From Acidobacteriota bacterium (lineage in GTDB: Bacteria; Acidobacteriota; UBA6911), in NCBI GenBank assembly GCA_963664705.1, contig OY761556.1:6560001-6624000 (forward strand): DNA of 64,000 nucleotides, written 5' to 3'. Both the position numbers and the translations under genes were made by a program. Shown piece by piece: positions 20,248 to 31,563 of this stretch (its first letter is position 1; every line of letters begins with the position of its first letter). The notes under the pieces were generated by a model. The model was not told the DNA's origin and ran no database searches. It worked only from the letters and a program-made list of their open reading frames with translations.

Positions 20248-21705
20248 TCACTTCGGGAGGGTGAAATGGAAGGTGCTTCCTTTTCCCACATCGGATTGGA
20301 CCCAGATCCGGCCGCCGTGTTGTTCCACTATTTTTTCGCAGAGGGCCAGCCCAATTCCCGTTCCGGGGTATTCCTTTTTTCCATGCAACCGCTGGAATAT
20401 CAGAAAAATCCTTCGGTGATGCTCCGGTGCGATGCCGATCCCATTGTCTTGCACGGAGAGGAACCAGAAACTGTTGTCGCTGTGGCACCCGATGTGGATC
20501 TGTGGAGGAATCTCCTTTCTGCGGAATTTAATGGCGTTGCCAAGCAGATTTTGAAAGAGCTGAACAAGCTGCATTTCGTTGCCCTGAACTTTGGGGAGGG
20601 TATCGCAAGTGATGATGGCGCCGGCTTCCTGGGTGCTGGCCTGCAGGTTGGCCTCCGCGATCTGCGCGCATTTGTTCAGATCGACGGGCTGAACCTCCCG
20701 GTCTCCGCGTTCTACGCGACTATACTTCAGGAGATCCGTTATCAACTGGGACATGCGTTTGGCTGCGTCCACCACATAGCTGATATAGGTTCCGGCTTTT
20801 TCATCCAGCTGTGTTTTGTATTTCTCGGACAGAAGATCCATGAAGCCCGAAATGACGCGGAGCGGTTCCTGCAGATCGTGGCTGGCAATATAGGCAAACT
20901 GCTCCAATTGCCGGTTGGATCGTTTCAATTCCTCCGCGGCATCATGCAGAGCCTGTTCAGCTTTTTTGCGTGCGCTGATATCGGCAATGGCGCAGAGAAT
21001 AAATCTTCCCTCTATGGTTTCGACAGGGTTGAGTCCGATTTCGATCGGAATCTCCATCCCATCTTTTCTCAGTCCAAAGAGGTCTCGACCTTCGCCCATC
21101 AGCCGGGCTGCCGGGTTTTTTGCATATTCCGTCCGATGTGCGGAGTGAACGTCCCGGTATTCCCTTGGTACGAGCATCTCGACGGATTGTCCCAGCAATT
21201 CATCCCGCGTATAGCCGAAAAGACGCTCGGTTTCGCGGTTGACCAGTTGGATCGCTCCGGAATCGTCTATCATGAGTATGCCGCTGGGCGCTGCCTCGAT
21301 GGCTACACGAAGCTGATGCTCGATACGCCGGCGGTCGCTGATATCGCTAATGGAGCAGAGCAAAAACGGCCCGGCATTGGAATTTAGCTTATTCAGGCGT
21401 ATTTCGAGGGATAGCTCTGTGCCATCTTTTCGGCGCCCCGTAATGATGTGGCTCCTGCTTGCAGATGCCGCATCCTGCTCGAATTGAGCGTCAAAGATAG
21501 TGGGCGTATTTTTTAGCCGGTCCGGCAGGAGAATTTTGTACGTTTGACCGAGCAATTCCTCTCTGGAGTAGCCGAGGAGCTCCTCCAGTTCCTTGTTGAG
21601 AAGAACTATATTCCTTGTGTCATTCAGAATGAGGAGACCGCACGGCAGGTACTCGATAGCGTCTTCGGAAAGGAGATTTATGGGAAGAAATTCATTTTGC
21701 GGCAT
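20248..21705 (-). CDS. PAS-PAS histidine kinase (phytochrome-type HisKA)
   Basis: FAYIASHDLQEPLR, YPGTGIGLALC; FixL-like PAS with H in EYRDVH..H. Confidence 0.93.
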   Translation of the reverse strand: MPQNEFLPINLLSEDAIEYLPCGLLILNDTRNIVLLNKELEELLGYSREELLGQTYKILLPDRLKNTPTIFDAQFEQDAASASRSHIITGRRKDGTELSLEIRLNKLNSNAGPFLLCSISDISDRRRIEHQLRVAIEAAPSGILMIDDSGAIQLVNRETERLFGYTRDELLGQSVEMLVPREYRDVHSAHRTEYAKNPAARLMGEGRDLFGLRKDGMEIPIEIGLNPVETIEGRFILCAIADISARKKAEQALHDAAEELKRSNRQLEQFAYIASHDLQEPLRVISGFMDLLSEKYKTQLDEKAGTYISYVVDAAKRMSQLITDLLKYSRVERGDREVQPVDLNKCAQIAEANLQASTQEAGAIITCDTLPKVQGNEMQLVQLFQNLLGNAIKFRRKEIPPQIHIGCHSDNSFWFLSVQDNGIGIAPEHHRRIFLIFQRLHGKKEYPGTGIGLALCEKIVEQHGGRIWVQSDVGKGSTFHFTLPK

Positions 21706-21857
21706 CGCTCCAGGTTTTTCCTTCCCTGAATAACGAATTGAGTATCCTTCGAGGCGGGGCCCGAAAACAATGCGTGTTACTGCCTAGTCCGGGTTGGGCG
21801 GAACTACCCAGGCGGAATTCCAGCGTGTTTATGGGAGCTGCCTTCTCATTAAGGCCA

Positions 21858-21883
21858 AAATGTCAGGATGAAATGTCAGGATG
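21858..21883. promoter_or_regulatory. Perfect 13-bp tandem direct repeat in a divergent promoter region
   Basis: aaatgtcaggatg x2 between divergent kinase genes. Confidence 0.45.
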
Positions 21884-21991
21884 AAAACTGGACGTGTGAT
21901 AAACGGAGTCTTATGATTATTTTGCTTCATTGGTTTCAATTGTCCAGGCAGCATAGAATTTGATCGTGTTCATTGCAGGGAAACTATCTGA

Positions 21992-23614
21992 ATGCATGCG
22001 CCGCGCGAACGCAGAAAAACGGATAAGCGAATTCACCAGATCGGTGCTCTCCATGCCCTGTTTGCTCAAAAATCCTCGCGTGTAGAGTATTTGCGGGCGG
22101 TTGCCGAGCTGCTCAAAGTAATCTCCGGATGTGAAAACGTCGGGATTCGTTTGCTTAACCGGCAAGAAGAGCCGCATGAAGCCGGTGTCGGATTTTCTAC
22201 AGGATTTCCGACGCCTTCGGGTGATTGCATCTGTGCCAGGCCGAGTAACGGTCTGTCCGAACAGGAAGAGTCATTTTCCCAGGGCGCTTGTATGGAACAC
22301 CGGTTTGCCTCGACCCTGGTTCTGCCCGTGCAATATCATGGGACGACGCTGGGGGTTATCCATTTTGCCGACCATCGCTCCGGGATTTTTGGCGAAGAGC
22401 TGGTGCAATTTCTGCGGGGACTTACGCCATTGATTGGCGAGGCAGCGCATCGGTTCGACATTGAGTCTGATTTGCGTCAAAGTGAGGAGCGCTATCGTTC
22501 ACTGGTCCAGGCCTCGGCTCAGATCGTATGGACAACGGATCCCAAAGGAGAAGTCATCGACGATGTTCCTTCCTGGCGTGCATTCACCGGGCAGAGTTGG
22601 GACGAGGTGCGGGGCTGGGGATGGGTGGATGCATTGCATCCGGATGATCGGGAACAGGCGGAAATCGTCTGGCGCAACGCCCTGGCAAAAGCAACCATGT
22701 ATCAGACGGAATATCGCATCCGACGGGCGAATGGCGATTATTACGATTTTGCCGTCCGCGGGGTCCCGGTGCGCGACCCGGCCGGAACGATAAGAGAATG
22801 GATCGGTGCCTGTGTCGATGTGACGGAACGCAGGGATGCCAGTCGGAAGATCCTCGACCTGAACCAATCGCTCGAACAGCGAGCCGAGCAGTTGGGAGCC
22901 CTGGCCACGGAACTCACCCTGACAGAGTTTCGGGAGCGCAAGCACCTCGCCCAGGTTCTGCATGACGAGCTGCAGCAGCTTTTGGTCGCAGGGAAGATCC
23001 GGGTCGACCTGCTCAGCCAGAATCCCGAAATACTGGCTCAAGGCGCTGGTCACCTGCAGAAATTGGATCAGGTTATCGCGGAATCCATCAAGCTGTGCCG
23101 CTCTTTGATGACAGAACTGAGTCCTCCGCTTCTGACCGAAATCGGCGTAGTCGCGGCAGTCGGTGCGCTGGCCCGGCAATTGAAGGAAACGCATGATCTG
23201 GTTGTACGCGTTGTATCGGATTATGAGATCCCCGCAGACAATGAAGGGATTTGCCTGCTGTTGTTTCAGGCCGTAAGAGAGTTGCTGTTCAATGTGGTAA
23301 AGCACTCCGGCACCAGGCAGGCCCTGATTCGGTTCAGCCGGCTGGCGGGCAATCGAGTGGAGGTTGAGGTTTCTGATCAGGGTGTTGGATTTTCCGCGGG
23401 CAATATGCGGTTCCGGAAAAGCCTCGCAACCGGCCTGGGACTTTTTGGAATCCGGGAACGCATCGTTCAAAAGGGCGGAGAAGTTGTCGTTGAGAGCACT
23501 GTCGGCAAAGGTACCCGTGTGACCATAAGAATGGGAATCCCCTCCGCTGAAAAAGAGTTCTTCCAGGAATGCAAGGATCCTGTTGCCGAAATGGATATTA
23601 TCCCGGGCAGATAG
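21992..23614 (+). CDS. GAF-PAS histidine kinase, NarX/UhpB type (HisKA_3)
   Basis: ERKHLAQVLHDELQQ, RELLFNVVKHS, DQGVGF, GLGLFGIRER. Confidence 0.9.
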   Translation: MHAPRERRKTDKRIHQIGALHALFAQKSSRVEYLRAVAELLKVISGCENVGIRLLNRQEEPHEAGVGFSTGFPTPSGDCICARPSNGLSEQEESFSQGACMEHRFASTLVLPVQYHGTTLGVIHFADHRSGIFGEELVQFLRGLTPLIGEAAHRFDIESDLRQSEERYRSLVQASAQIVWTTDPKGEVIDDVPSWRAFTGQSWDEVRGWGWVDALHPDDREQAEIVWRNALAKATMYQTEYRIRRANGDYYDFAVRGVPVRDPAGTIREWIGACVDVTERRDASRKILDLNQSLEQRAEQLGALATELTLTEFRERKHLAQVLHDELQQLLVAGKIRVDLLSQNPEILAQGAGHLQKLDQVIAESIKLCRSLMTELSPPLLTEIGVVAAVGALARQLKETHDLVVRVVSDYEIPADNEGICLLLFQAVRELLFNVVKHSGTRQALIRFSRLAGNRVEVEVSDQGVGFSAGNMRFRKSLATGLGLFGIRERIVQKGGEVVVESTVGKGTRVTIRMGIPSAEKEFFQECKDPVAEMDIIPGR

Positions 23615-23946
23615 CATCTTCACCACAGATACGCCATTCGGGTAATTGTCAGACAAAAGGGCACGGCAGTACTCCCCATCTGCCGGAAAAAATTCCGGAA
23701 CCATATTTCCCTAACCTGGGATAAAATCCCATTCCAATACGCATCATGGCAATGAATCGTAACGGCGATGCCTTGTAATGAGGCCGCTGGTTTCACGGAA
23801 ACAGAAACGGAATCGACAAGAGATTTCTGATCGCAGAGCGACAGCAGGGGCCGGCACAATCCCGGTGCGGAGGCTATTCCGGCAATATACCCGGTTCATG
23901 ACTTCATGCCGAAACCAACACGAAGGTGAGGGAATAGGAGGGACGC

Positions 23947-26025
23947 ATGACAGGTGGATATACAGGCAAGATACTCAGAGTAAATCTGACCCAAAAAACA
24001 ATAAGCACTATTCCTACCGAGAAGTATGAGGAATACGGCGGCGGCCATGGAATGGGCTCTGCAATTTTTTTGGACCTGGTTGGCGACCAGCTTCCGTTTG
24101 AAGCATTTGATCCACGGAATCTGATCATTATGATGGCCCATCCATTTGCCGGCACATTTATGCCGGGTTCCGGGAGATGTGAAGTCCAGGGCCTGGGGCC
24201 TATGCTGTATCCCATTGAATGGTTTGCGCACAGCAACTTCGGCGGGCGCTTTACCTAGCAACTCAAATATGCCGGCTGGGACGGCATCGTTGTGGAAGGT
24301 GCGGCCGACAGTCCCGTCTGGATTAACATTATTAATGACAAAGTCAAGATTGAGAGCGCCGACGGTATCTGGGGGATGGATACCTGGGACACACAGGAGG
24401 AGGTTTCCCGTCGTGTCATGCCCGGCCTGAAATACGGCGAATGGGCGGCGGCAGGAGATACCTTTACGACCCAAATCCCCGCCGTCGTTTGTACGGGCCT
24501 GGCGGGAGAAAACAAGAGCCGCATGGGCGCCCTGCTGCACGGACCCGGATCCCAGGCGGCCCTGTGCGGATTTGGAGGTGTCTTCGGGTCGAAGAACCTC
24601 AAGGCGATCAGTGCCATCGGAACGGGCTCCGTTCCCATTGCAAACCCCAAAGCTTTCATGGAAGCCCGTTTGTGGTTCCGGCAGTTCTTGTATGATGTGG
24701 ATGATCCGCGTCGCAAAGATATGGTGGGCGGATTTTATTTCTGGATCAATGGCTCTCCGGCAGGAGCCAACGTAACGAATAACCCGTACTTTGGCGCCAA
24801 CGCGCTTCCTCTCGTGCCTGCGCGCGCAACCGCCTGCGCCTCCTGTCCCAGGGCATGTCGACAGCGCCTGGCCAGCGGGGACAGCAATGAATCCATATGC
24901 GCCGGAACCGCGGGTGTCCGGCTTGAAAATGCCAATCTGAAACTCACGCGCCAGGGGAACGATCTGATGCAGAAATATGGGCTCAGCCACTGGCACTTCA
25001 TGACGATGCAGGGCTATTTGCAGGATCTGTATAAGAGAGGACTCCTGGGCAAGGGAAAGAAGATTGAAACCGACCTGCCCATGGATCAGTTTGGGACGAT
25101 GGGGTTCCTGGATATGCTCATGCGGCAGATTTCCACGCGGAAAGGAATTGGCAAGGATTTGAGCGAAGGCCTCGCCAGAGCTGCAAAGAATTGGGGGATA
25201 TATGAGCCGGACCTGGCCAGCGGAGCGCTGAATCTGGCCTATTGGGGGACAACCGATCATTATGATCCCAGGACTGAAGCGGAATGGGGATTCGGTTCGC
25301 TGATGGGCGAACGAGATCTGATGCTGCACAATATCGCCAACTATCCTCTGCACTGGACGCCCGAGGCGTTCAGGATGGAGGGCCGAGAGCCTTACCTGAC
25401 CGCAGAACAGGCCGCTCAATACACCGCCGATGCCATGATTCCCTACCAGGGAGATGCTTTCATGCTGGATTACAGCGATGGGCCTACCGGGATTTATTCG
25501 GATCACAAGGTCAAACAGGTTGCCTGGGTGAAGCACTACGAGAAATTCTGGATCGGCTCCAATGGCTTTTGCGGCTGGAGATGGCCGATGTGTTTTACCA
25601 ACAATACCGTCGATTTCAGAGGCCCGACCCCCCAGGCGGAACCCCGGTTCTTCAATGCCATTACCGGAAAGAACATTACGTTTGCCGACGGGATGGAATT
25701 GGGACGCAAAATTTTCACGTTGGACCGGGCTATCTGGACGATTCAGGGCAGGCACCGCGATATGGAAGTTTTTCCGGACTATATCTACAACCAGAATTCC
25801 CGGGGTGGCTTGCTTCCGATGTACGATGAGAAGACAAAAAAATGGTCTTACTCGGCCGGTGAAGGCAGGAAACTGGATCGCGCGAAGGTTGAGGAGTGGA
25901 AGACAAAATTCTATTCGTTTGAGGGATTTAACACGGCCAATGGATGGCCGACCCGGAAGACTTTGGAAGGCATGGGCTTAAAGAAAGTAGCCGATCTCAT
26001 GCAAAGCAAGAACCGCCTTGGCTAA
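23947..26025 (+). CDS. Aldehyde:ferredoxin oxidoreductase (W/Mo-bis-pterin AOR family) with an in-frame TAG at 24256-24258 (read-through or pseudogene)
   Basis: ORFs 23947-24258 and 24292-26025 share one frame: GGYTGKILRVNLT..FGGRFT*QLKYAGWDGIVVEG..GSKNLKAI..CASCPRAC..GWPTRKTL. Confidence 0.85.
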
Positions 26026-26035
26026 AAGTATTGGA

Positions 26036-26087
26036 ACCATGGGAGCCGACTATTGGGGCCCGTACCCGGATAGCTGGCTCCCATGGT
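26036..26087. terminator. Hairpin between convergent genes
   Basis: accatgggagcc / ggctcccatggt 12-bp inverted repeat. Confidence 0.55.
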
Positions 26088-26092
26088 GAAAT

Positions 26093-26425
26093 TTAGAGGG
26101 TGTCGGTTTTAGCCGCCATGATGAAATCGTTGCGATGTAATCCCCCGATGGCATGGGTCCACCAGGTTACCGTCACCTTTCCCCACTCCGTCAGGATTGC
26201 CGGATGGTGTTTCTCGGCTTCCGCCAGCGCCCCCACCTTGTTTGTGAAGGATAGGGCTTCGGCAAAATTCTTAAAGCGGAATTCACGCTCGAGTCGTGCG
26301 ACGCCTTCGTGAATGACGGTTTTCCACGCCGGTATCTGCGGTTTCAGCTGGCAGGCTTCTTCTTCCGAAACACGCGGAGCATCTTTACGGCAGGCCATGC
26401 AATTTTCAGCGCTCAATTCACTCAT
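26093..26425 (-). CDS. phhB: Pterin-4-alpha-carbinolamine dehydratase
   Basis: [27 protein letters not shown]...[15 protein letters not shown]; start at ATG 26425 after GGAGG. Confidence 0.93.
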   Translation of the reverse strand: MSELSAENCMACRKDAPRVSEEEACQLKPQIPAWKTVIHEGVARLEREFRFKNFAEALSFTNKVGALAEAEKHHPAILTEWGKVTVTWWTHAIGGLHRNDFIMAAKTDTL

Positions 26426-26493
26426 TTTTCCTCCACGCTGCAAGGCGGTTCGTGCATGCCGGGAATCCGGGGAACTCCCGAACACCTGTAATT

Positions 26494-28914
26494 CTACTCC
26501 TCGATCCGCTGCAGTATGGCGGCCAGTTCTTTTCTGGTGAAAGGTTTCTGGAGGAAGTGAGTTCCGGGTTCCATGACACCGTGGTTGGCAATGATATCGG
26601 CAGTCCATCCGGACATGAAAATGCATCGAAGCTGCGGGTACAGAAACAGCAGTTCATTGGCAAGATCGCGGCCATTCATCTCCGGCATGACCACGTCCGT
26701 CATCAGAATTTCAATACTCTCCGGGTGTTGTCTGGCTATGCGCAGCGCTTCGGCCGGGGCGCTTGCCACCAATACCGTGTGCCCGAGCTGTTCCAGCATT
26801 CGCCGGGTCAATTGCAAAATGGATAACTCATCCTCAACCAGGAGTACGGTGTTCTTTGCGGCCGGCTCCGCTGCAGATTCTTCCCGGGCGTCTTCCGGCT
26901 CTTCTTCGTAACGGGGCAGGTAAAGTTCGAAGACAGTTCCTTCCCCCGGCTGGCTGTGAACATCAATGCAACCGCTGTTTTGCTTGACGATTCCGTAAAT
27001 GGTTGAGAGTCCCAGGCCGATGCCCTTTCCAAATTCCTTTGTGGTAAAGAACGGTTCAAAGATGTTTTTCAGCGTCTCCTCATTCATGCCGGTTCCCGTG
27101 TCGCTGACTCTCAGCCGCACATAGTCGCCCGGCAGGCAGCCGTCGTGTTCTGCACAGAATTGCTCTGAAAGCTGAGTATTGACGGTCTCAATTGTCAATG
27201 TGCCGACTACCTGGATGGCATCGCGTGCATTCACCGCCAGATTGGCCATGATCTGGTCAATCTGTGAAGGATCGATGAATATCTGCCAGAGAGAGGGTCC
27301 CGGCTTCCAAATGATTTTGATGTTTTCGCCGATCAGGCGCTGGAGCATCTTGATCATTCCCGACAGGGTTGCGTTCAAATCCAGCACTTGCGGGGTTACC
27401 GTTTGTCTTCGGGCAAAGGCCAGCAGTTGCCGTGTGAGGTCGGCGGATCGCTGAGCTGCCTTCTGAATTTCCTGCAGATCCATAAAGACTGGATGCGTTG
27501 GTTCTATCTGTTCCTGGGCCAGTTCGGCATGACCCAGGATGACGCTAAGCATGTTGTTGAAGTCGTGCGCCACTCCCCCGGCCAGCCGCCCCACGGATTC
27601 CATTCTTTGGGCCTGGTAAAGCTGTGCGGAGAGTCTGGCGTTTTCCTCTTCGGAACGCTTGCGCTCATCAATATTGCGAGTGACTCCGACTAATTCCACC
27701 TTCCCCTGTTTGTTAATCAAAGCCGTTGCGGTGACTTCCGTTTGAACAACGGATCCATCCTTGCGCAGTTGATCCACCTCACTCGTTATGGAGAAGGGGA
27801 TGGCGGGATTTTTCAGGAATTTGGGCAGATAAAAGGACAGCAGTTCCTGGACCTTTTTCTGGGATTCCGGCGTAAGCGACGCTTCCATCGGTCGAGACAT
27901 GGCTTCTTCCGGCGTCCGACCGAGCAGTTTTTTCACTGAGGGACTGATGTAAGTGAAGCTTTTTGTTTCAAAATCGAGCAGCCATATTACATCTTCTATG
28001 CTATCGGCGATCAGTCGGTAACGAAATTCACTCTGTTTTAATGCCTCTTCGGTGAGCCTCCGCTCTGTGACATCCCATACCAGGCCGTTTACCCATTGGG
28101 GCTTTCCCTCGATGTCGCATACCGGGCGACCGCGGGCGATTACGAAATGAATACTCTTGTCGGGCCATACAACACGATATTCAACTTCGTAGGTGGTACC
28201 GGCGGTGAGGGTGGATTCCAGGGCCCGCTTTACCATTCCCAGATCATCCGGGTGAACGACGGAATAGAATTCATCCGCGGTGCCACCGAAAGAGAATGGA
28301 TCGAGACCCAGCAATTGACAGGTTCGCGGATCGAAATGGCGCGCCCTCTTCTGCAGATCCACTTGCCAGATGCCCATGTCGGAGGAACGTAATGCCATTT
28401 CCAGTTTTTCGTTGCTCTCGCGCAAGGCATTTTCTATCTGCTTGCGATTTGAGATCTCCTGAACCGTGCCTACGATGCGGATCGGAGTGCCATCCAGGGC
28501 ACATTGCCTCAGGCCGCGACCGCTGAGCCAGTGCAGTGTTCCGTCGGGATGAATGGCGCGGAATTCCAGATCCGCAGGTTCCTCTCCCGCTATGCAGGCG
28601 CGAATCCACTCTTGCATCGGCAGCCGGTCATTGGGATGCAGCAGCGACACCAGGTTTGCAGGGGTGGGGATAAAGGTGTCGCGGTTCACTCCGTAGAGCC
28701 GGTAGGTTTCATCCGTCCATTCGATCAGATCCGAGCCAATCGCCATGCTCCATGTACCTATCCTGGCGATGCGCTGAGATTCGGACAGGAGATATTCCAA
28801 TGGCGGCGCTGCCGTGGATGGTTGCGCGTCGCAGAGCTTCTCGGTGGCTCGTGTTCCGGGCGCCTTTGCTGATTTCGGGCTTTGCCCAATCCTATCTTTA
28901 TCCTGCATGCTCAT
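26494..28914 (-). CDS. Multi-PAS hybrid histidine kinase
   Basis: Three PAS/PAC domains, [11 protein letters not shown], HATPase, C-terminal REC. Confidence 0.95.
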   Translation of the reverse strand: MSMQDKDRIGQSPKSAKAPGTRATEKLCDAQPSTAAPPLEYLLSESQRIARIGTWSMAIGSDLIEWTDETYRLYGVNRDTFIPTPANLVSLLHPNDRLPMQEWIRACIAGEEPADLEFRAIHPDGTLHWLSGRGLRQCALDGTPIRIVGTVQEISNRKQIENALRESNEKLEMALRSSDMGIWQVDLQKRARHFDPRTCQLLGLDPFSFGGTADEFYSVVHPDDLGMVKRALESTLTAGTTYEVEYRVVWPDKSIHFVIARGRPVCDIEGKPQWVNGLVWDVTERRLTEEALKQSEFRYRLIADSIEDVIWLLDFETKSFTYISPSVKKLLGRTPEEAMSRPMEASLTPESQKKVQELLSFYLPKFLKNPAIPFSITSEVDQLRKDGSVVQTEVTATALINKQGKVELVGVTRNIDERKRSEEENARLSAQLYQAQRMESVGRLAGGVAHDFNNMLSVILGHAELAQEQIEPTHPVFMDLQEIQKAAQRSADLTRQLLAFARRQTVTPQVLDLNATLSGMIKMLQRLIGENIKIIWKPGPSLWQIFIDPSQIDQIMANLAVNARDAIQVVGTLTIETVNTQLSEQFCAEHDGCLPGDYVRLRVSDTGTGMNEETLKNIFEPFFTTKEFGKGIGLGLSTIYGIVKQNSGCIDVHSQPGEGTVFELYLPRYEEEPEDAREESAAEPAAKNTVLLVEDELSILQLTRRMLEQLGHTVLVASAPAEALRIARQHPESIEILMTDVVMPEMNGRDLANELLFLYPQLRCIFMSGWTADIIANHGVMEPGTHFLQKPFTRKELAAILQRIEE

Positions 28915-29077
28915 GCCACCCCCTCGCGTTTGACATGGCCATGGCAAGGATTGCCATTCCGATTCGTTTCGATGATCTCAACTTGCCGGTATATTACATT
29001 AAGTTGTTTTAATTTACGACCTTATCCCGCCAAGTGGGAAATATCAATCGCGGCTTGGAGTTTGAGATCCTGCGGCG

Positions 29078-29569
29078 CTAATAGATTCCCAGGCTCAAGC
29101 CGGCTGCAATGGTGGCGCCGAGCTCTTTGCAGCGGTCGAGATCATTTGGACCGATAATTTTGGGTGCAAGGATTTGCTCCGGCGTTTGTGCGTGCGTGCA
29201 GATAATCAGGGGCGAGGCGACGGGCTTCAGCCTCCATCCCGTGGCAATCCGCTCGATTTGCCGCGCGGCATTTTCTCCGTCTGAACCGGCGCAGATCATG
29301 GTGGCATAGGGTCGCCCGCCGATGCGTCCGAGCACGGCATAATAGGTGCGATCGAAGAAATCCTTCATCATTCCTGCCATGGCCGCGAGATTTTCGGGCG
29401 CAGCAAAAATGAATCCGTGGGCTTCGAGCACTTCCGCCGCCCCTGCCTTGGATGCATGGATCAGGTGGACGCGCACCTCCGGCTCAGATGAAGCTGCGTC
29501 TGCGGCCGCCTGCGCCATCTGTCTTGTGCCGTCCGTCATGGTGTGAAATACAATCAGGAGTTTTTTCAC
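29078..29569 (-). CDS. Flavodoxin/WrbA-like FMN-binding protein
   Basis: LLIVFHTMTDGTRQMA..PENLAAMAGMMKDFFDR..CAGSDG; GTG start assumed. Confidence 0.85.
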   Translation of the reverse strand: MKKLLIVFHTMTDGTRQMAQAAADAASSEPEVRVHLIHASKAGAAEVLEAHGFIFAAPENLAAMAGMMKDFFDRTYYAVLGRIGGRPYATMICAGSDGENAARQIERIATGWRLKPVASPLIICTHAQTPEQILAPKIIGPNDLDRCKELGATIAAGLSLGIY

Positions 29570-29653
29570 AGGTACATACTTTATGACCTTTGATCGCTCA
29601 TGGGAAGGGATTCCCATTGGATTGGGTCGACTGCGCTGGGAGCGCGATCTCTG

Positions 29654-30000
29654 CGGAATTGCGGATTCCGGATTTCAGATTATGACGAGGATCGGGAGCG
29701 CCGACGTCCTGCCTTTTGGCATTTACTTTTTTGCAATTGCAGTTCTTTCGCCCTTCAGGGCTCCAATCCTTACGCTATTCAACCAGGGGTTTGCTCCGCT
29801 CCCTCCTGGCTATTATCTTTCGCGTCTCCGGCGCTGGCTCTTTGCTCTATCTATACTAGGTGTCCGGATACTCGAAAGATTGTAGCCCCGGGAGAGCTTG
29901 CTGGCCCGGGGCTATATTAGGGGCTCAACGAGCCCCAAAGGGGCGAGGGAAAAACGCCCGAAAAAAAGCGAATGGCATTAGCCAGGACGGCGGCGCTTCC
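29654..30000. repeat. Intergenic repeat mosaic (heptamers, family C gggagcgccg REPs, two family A-like copies)
   Basis: gcggaattgcggattccggatttcagatt; cgggagcgccgacgtcc; ctttcgcccttcagggct..ccaggggtttgctccgctccctcctgg; agccccaaaggggcga; ggacggcggcgcttcc. Confidence 0.65.
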
Positions 30001-30005
30001 GGTAA

Positions 30006-30794
30006 CTAGCTGATGCGTTTTGAACAAAGACGAAGCCCCGCTCCGGCGATGACCAGTAGGGCTCCGGAAAGTCCGATCAGCGGGAGGTTGCTGGCCGTCT
30101 TGGGCATTTCATGCGGGGCTGAACTGGACTGCAGTTCGGCCATGTCGTTTGAACTCTGCGCCTCCGGTTCATCCACTCTTGCCAGTGCGCCCGGCTCGGA
30201 CTGCTTCTCCTGCAGAAGCTGCATGTAATCGGTATGCTCGGCAGGCATTTCCGGCCCGACGCTGGCTGCTGCCGTGCTGGATTCGCCCGCCTGGCGTTCG
30301 TGCAGCGCTTGCATATAGCTGCTGTCCTCGGTTTCGGCAACCGCTGACGGACTTTCCTCACTCGGTTTCATCTGGCTGGGTTCAGTCCGGGCAAGCTGAC
30401 CGGGCTCAACTTTGGAATACACGAATTCGTGCCCGACTCTCCTGTCGGGATAGAACCACTCTTTGATGGCACGCGGAGCGCCGGCAGCACGATCCTCATA
30501 AACGATCAGGGTGTTCTCGGGAGCATTGTACCGGAGTTTCGGTATCGCATTGATCGTGGCGTATATCGTGCGTTCATCCGCGCTGAGAACTTGAACGATA
30601 TGCCGGTCGACCGGTGAATCGACAAGCTTGAAGATGTAGGTGCCGGCGGGAAGTACAACCCCCGGAAGTTCAACCGGCTGATCGAAGGTCAGCATTGACT
30701 TCTCATCCAAATCTCCTGCATTGGCTTTGGGCCCCATGTAAGCACCCAAAGAGATCAGGCAGGCTGCAATAAGAAGTACTCGCATGCTTTTCAT
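30006..30794 (-). CDS. Secreted protein with a C-terminal LPXTG-like sorting signal (MPKTAS + TM + basic tail)
   Basis: Signal peptide ..ANA/G; beta domain FDQPVELPGVVLPAGTY..WFYP..GHEFVY; low-complexity linker; EMPKTASNLPLIGLSGALLVIAGAGLRLCSKR. Confidence 0.8.
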   Translation of the reverse strand: MKSMRVLLIAACLISLGAYMGPKANAGDLDEKSMLTFDQPVELPGVVLPAGTYIFKLVDSPVDRHIVQVLSADERTIYATINAIPKLRYNAPENTLIVYEDRAAGAPRAIKEWFYPDRRVGHEFVYSKVEPGQLARTEPSQMKPSEESPSAVAETEDSSYMQALHERQAGESSTAAASVGPEMPAEHTDYMQLLQEKQSEPGALARVDEPEAQSSNDMAELQSSSAPHEMPKTASNLPLIGLSGALLVIAGAGLRLCSKRIS

Positions 30795-31190
30795 ACACGA
30801 CCCCTTTCTCCAATGGTGTTGCAGATAGCTGCTGTGACTCGTTGCTATTGGCATCTTTTTTTTGCGTTCCAGGAAAGCCCGATTTTGAAAAGGTCCCTGT
30901 TTCAACCTCGGTGGCCTTTCTTGAAAACTGTATTCAACTTAGGAGATGATGTCTCGTGGGATAGGGTGTGTCAAGGGTATAAGTATTATATTTGTAATAT
31001 ATAAGAATATTATGAAAAATAATATCATTAATTATATCGAGCGGATGGCGGTTGGGTTATTGGGCGGTTAACCAAGATGCTTTGAGTCTTCGGGTCTTCG
31101 AGGTAAACTCCGGTTACGCTTTTGGTAGGCATCTTCGCTCCATAAAAGAGTTTTTCGATAGGTTGTCCTAATTTTTGAGGATACTTGGGA

Positions 31191-31529
31191 ATGAAACTGA
31201 TTATTGCGGTAATCCGGCCGTACAAGCTACAGGAAGTAAAGGATGCTCTTTCCAACATAGGGGTTGGCGGCTTGACCGTGACCGATGTTCGCGGCGTGGG
31301 GAAGCAGAAGGGTCAGATCGAGAGGTATCGCGGCTCTGAATACAAGGTGGACCTCATAGCAAAATGCAGAATAGAGGTCGCGATAGCGGATGATCAGGTT
31401 GAAGAAGTGCTCCAGACAATACGCAATGCCGCGCTGACCGGGGAAGTCGGGGATGGGAAGATTTTTGTATTGCCGCTGGAGGACTCCATGCGTATCCGCA
31501 CGGCGGAGAGGGGCGATGATTCGCTATAG
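31191..31529 (+). CDS. glnB: Nitrogen regulatory protein P-II (GlnB/GlnK)
   Basis: 112 aa; MKLIIAVIRP.KL, QKG..E.YRGSEY (Tyr51), TGEVGDGKIFV. glnB versus glnK cannot be resolved here. Confidence 0.92.
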   Translation: MKLIIAVIRPYKLQEVKDALSNIGVGGLTVTDVRGVGKQKGQIERYRGSEYKVDLIAKCRIEVAIADDQVEEVLQTIRNAALTGEVGDGKIFVLPLEDSMRIRTAERGDDSL

Positions 31530-31563
31530 ATCCTGACAGGGATTGTTTTGCTCTGTGCCGGTA

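Noticed and set aside
23896-25755. 619-aa minus-strand ORF
   Set aside because: Antisense shadow of the AOR gene in GC-rich DNA.
26093-26425. Functional link of the pterin dehydratase to the AOR pterin cofactor
   Set aside because: The genes are convergent with a hairpin between them; adjacency alone is weak evidence.
30848-30866. TTGGCA..TTGC sigma54-like site
   Set aside because: Spacing is GG-N12-GC rather than N10.
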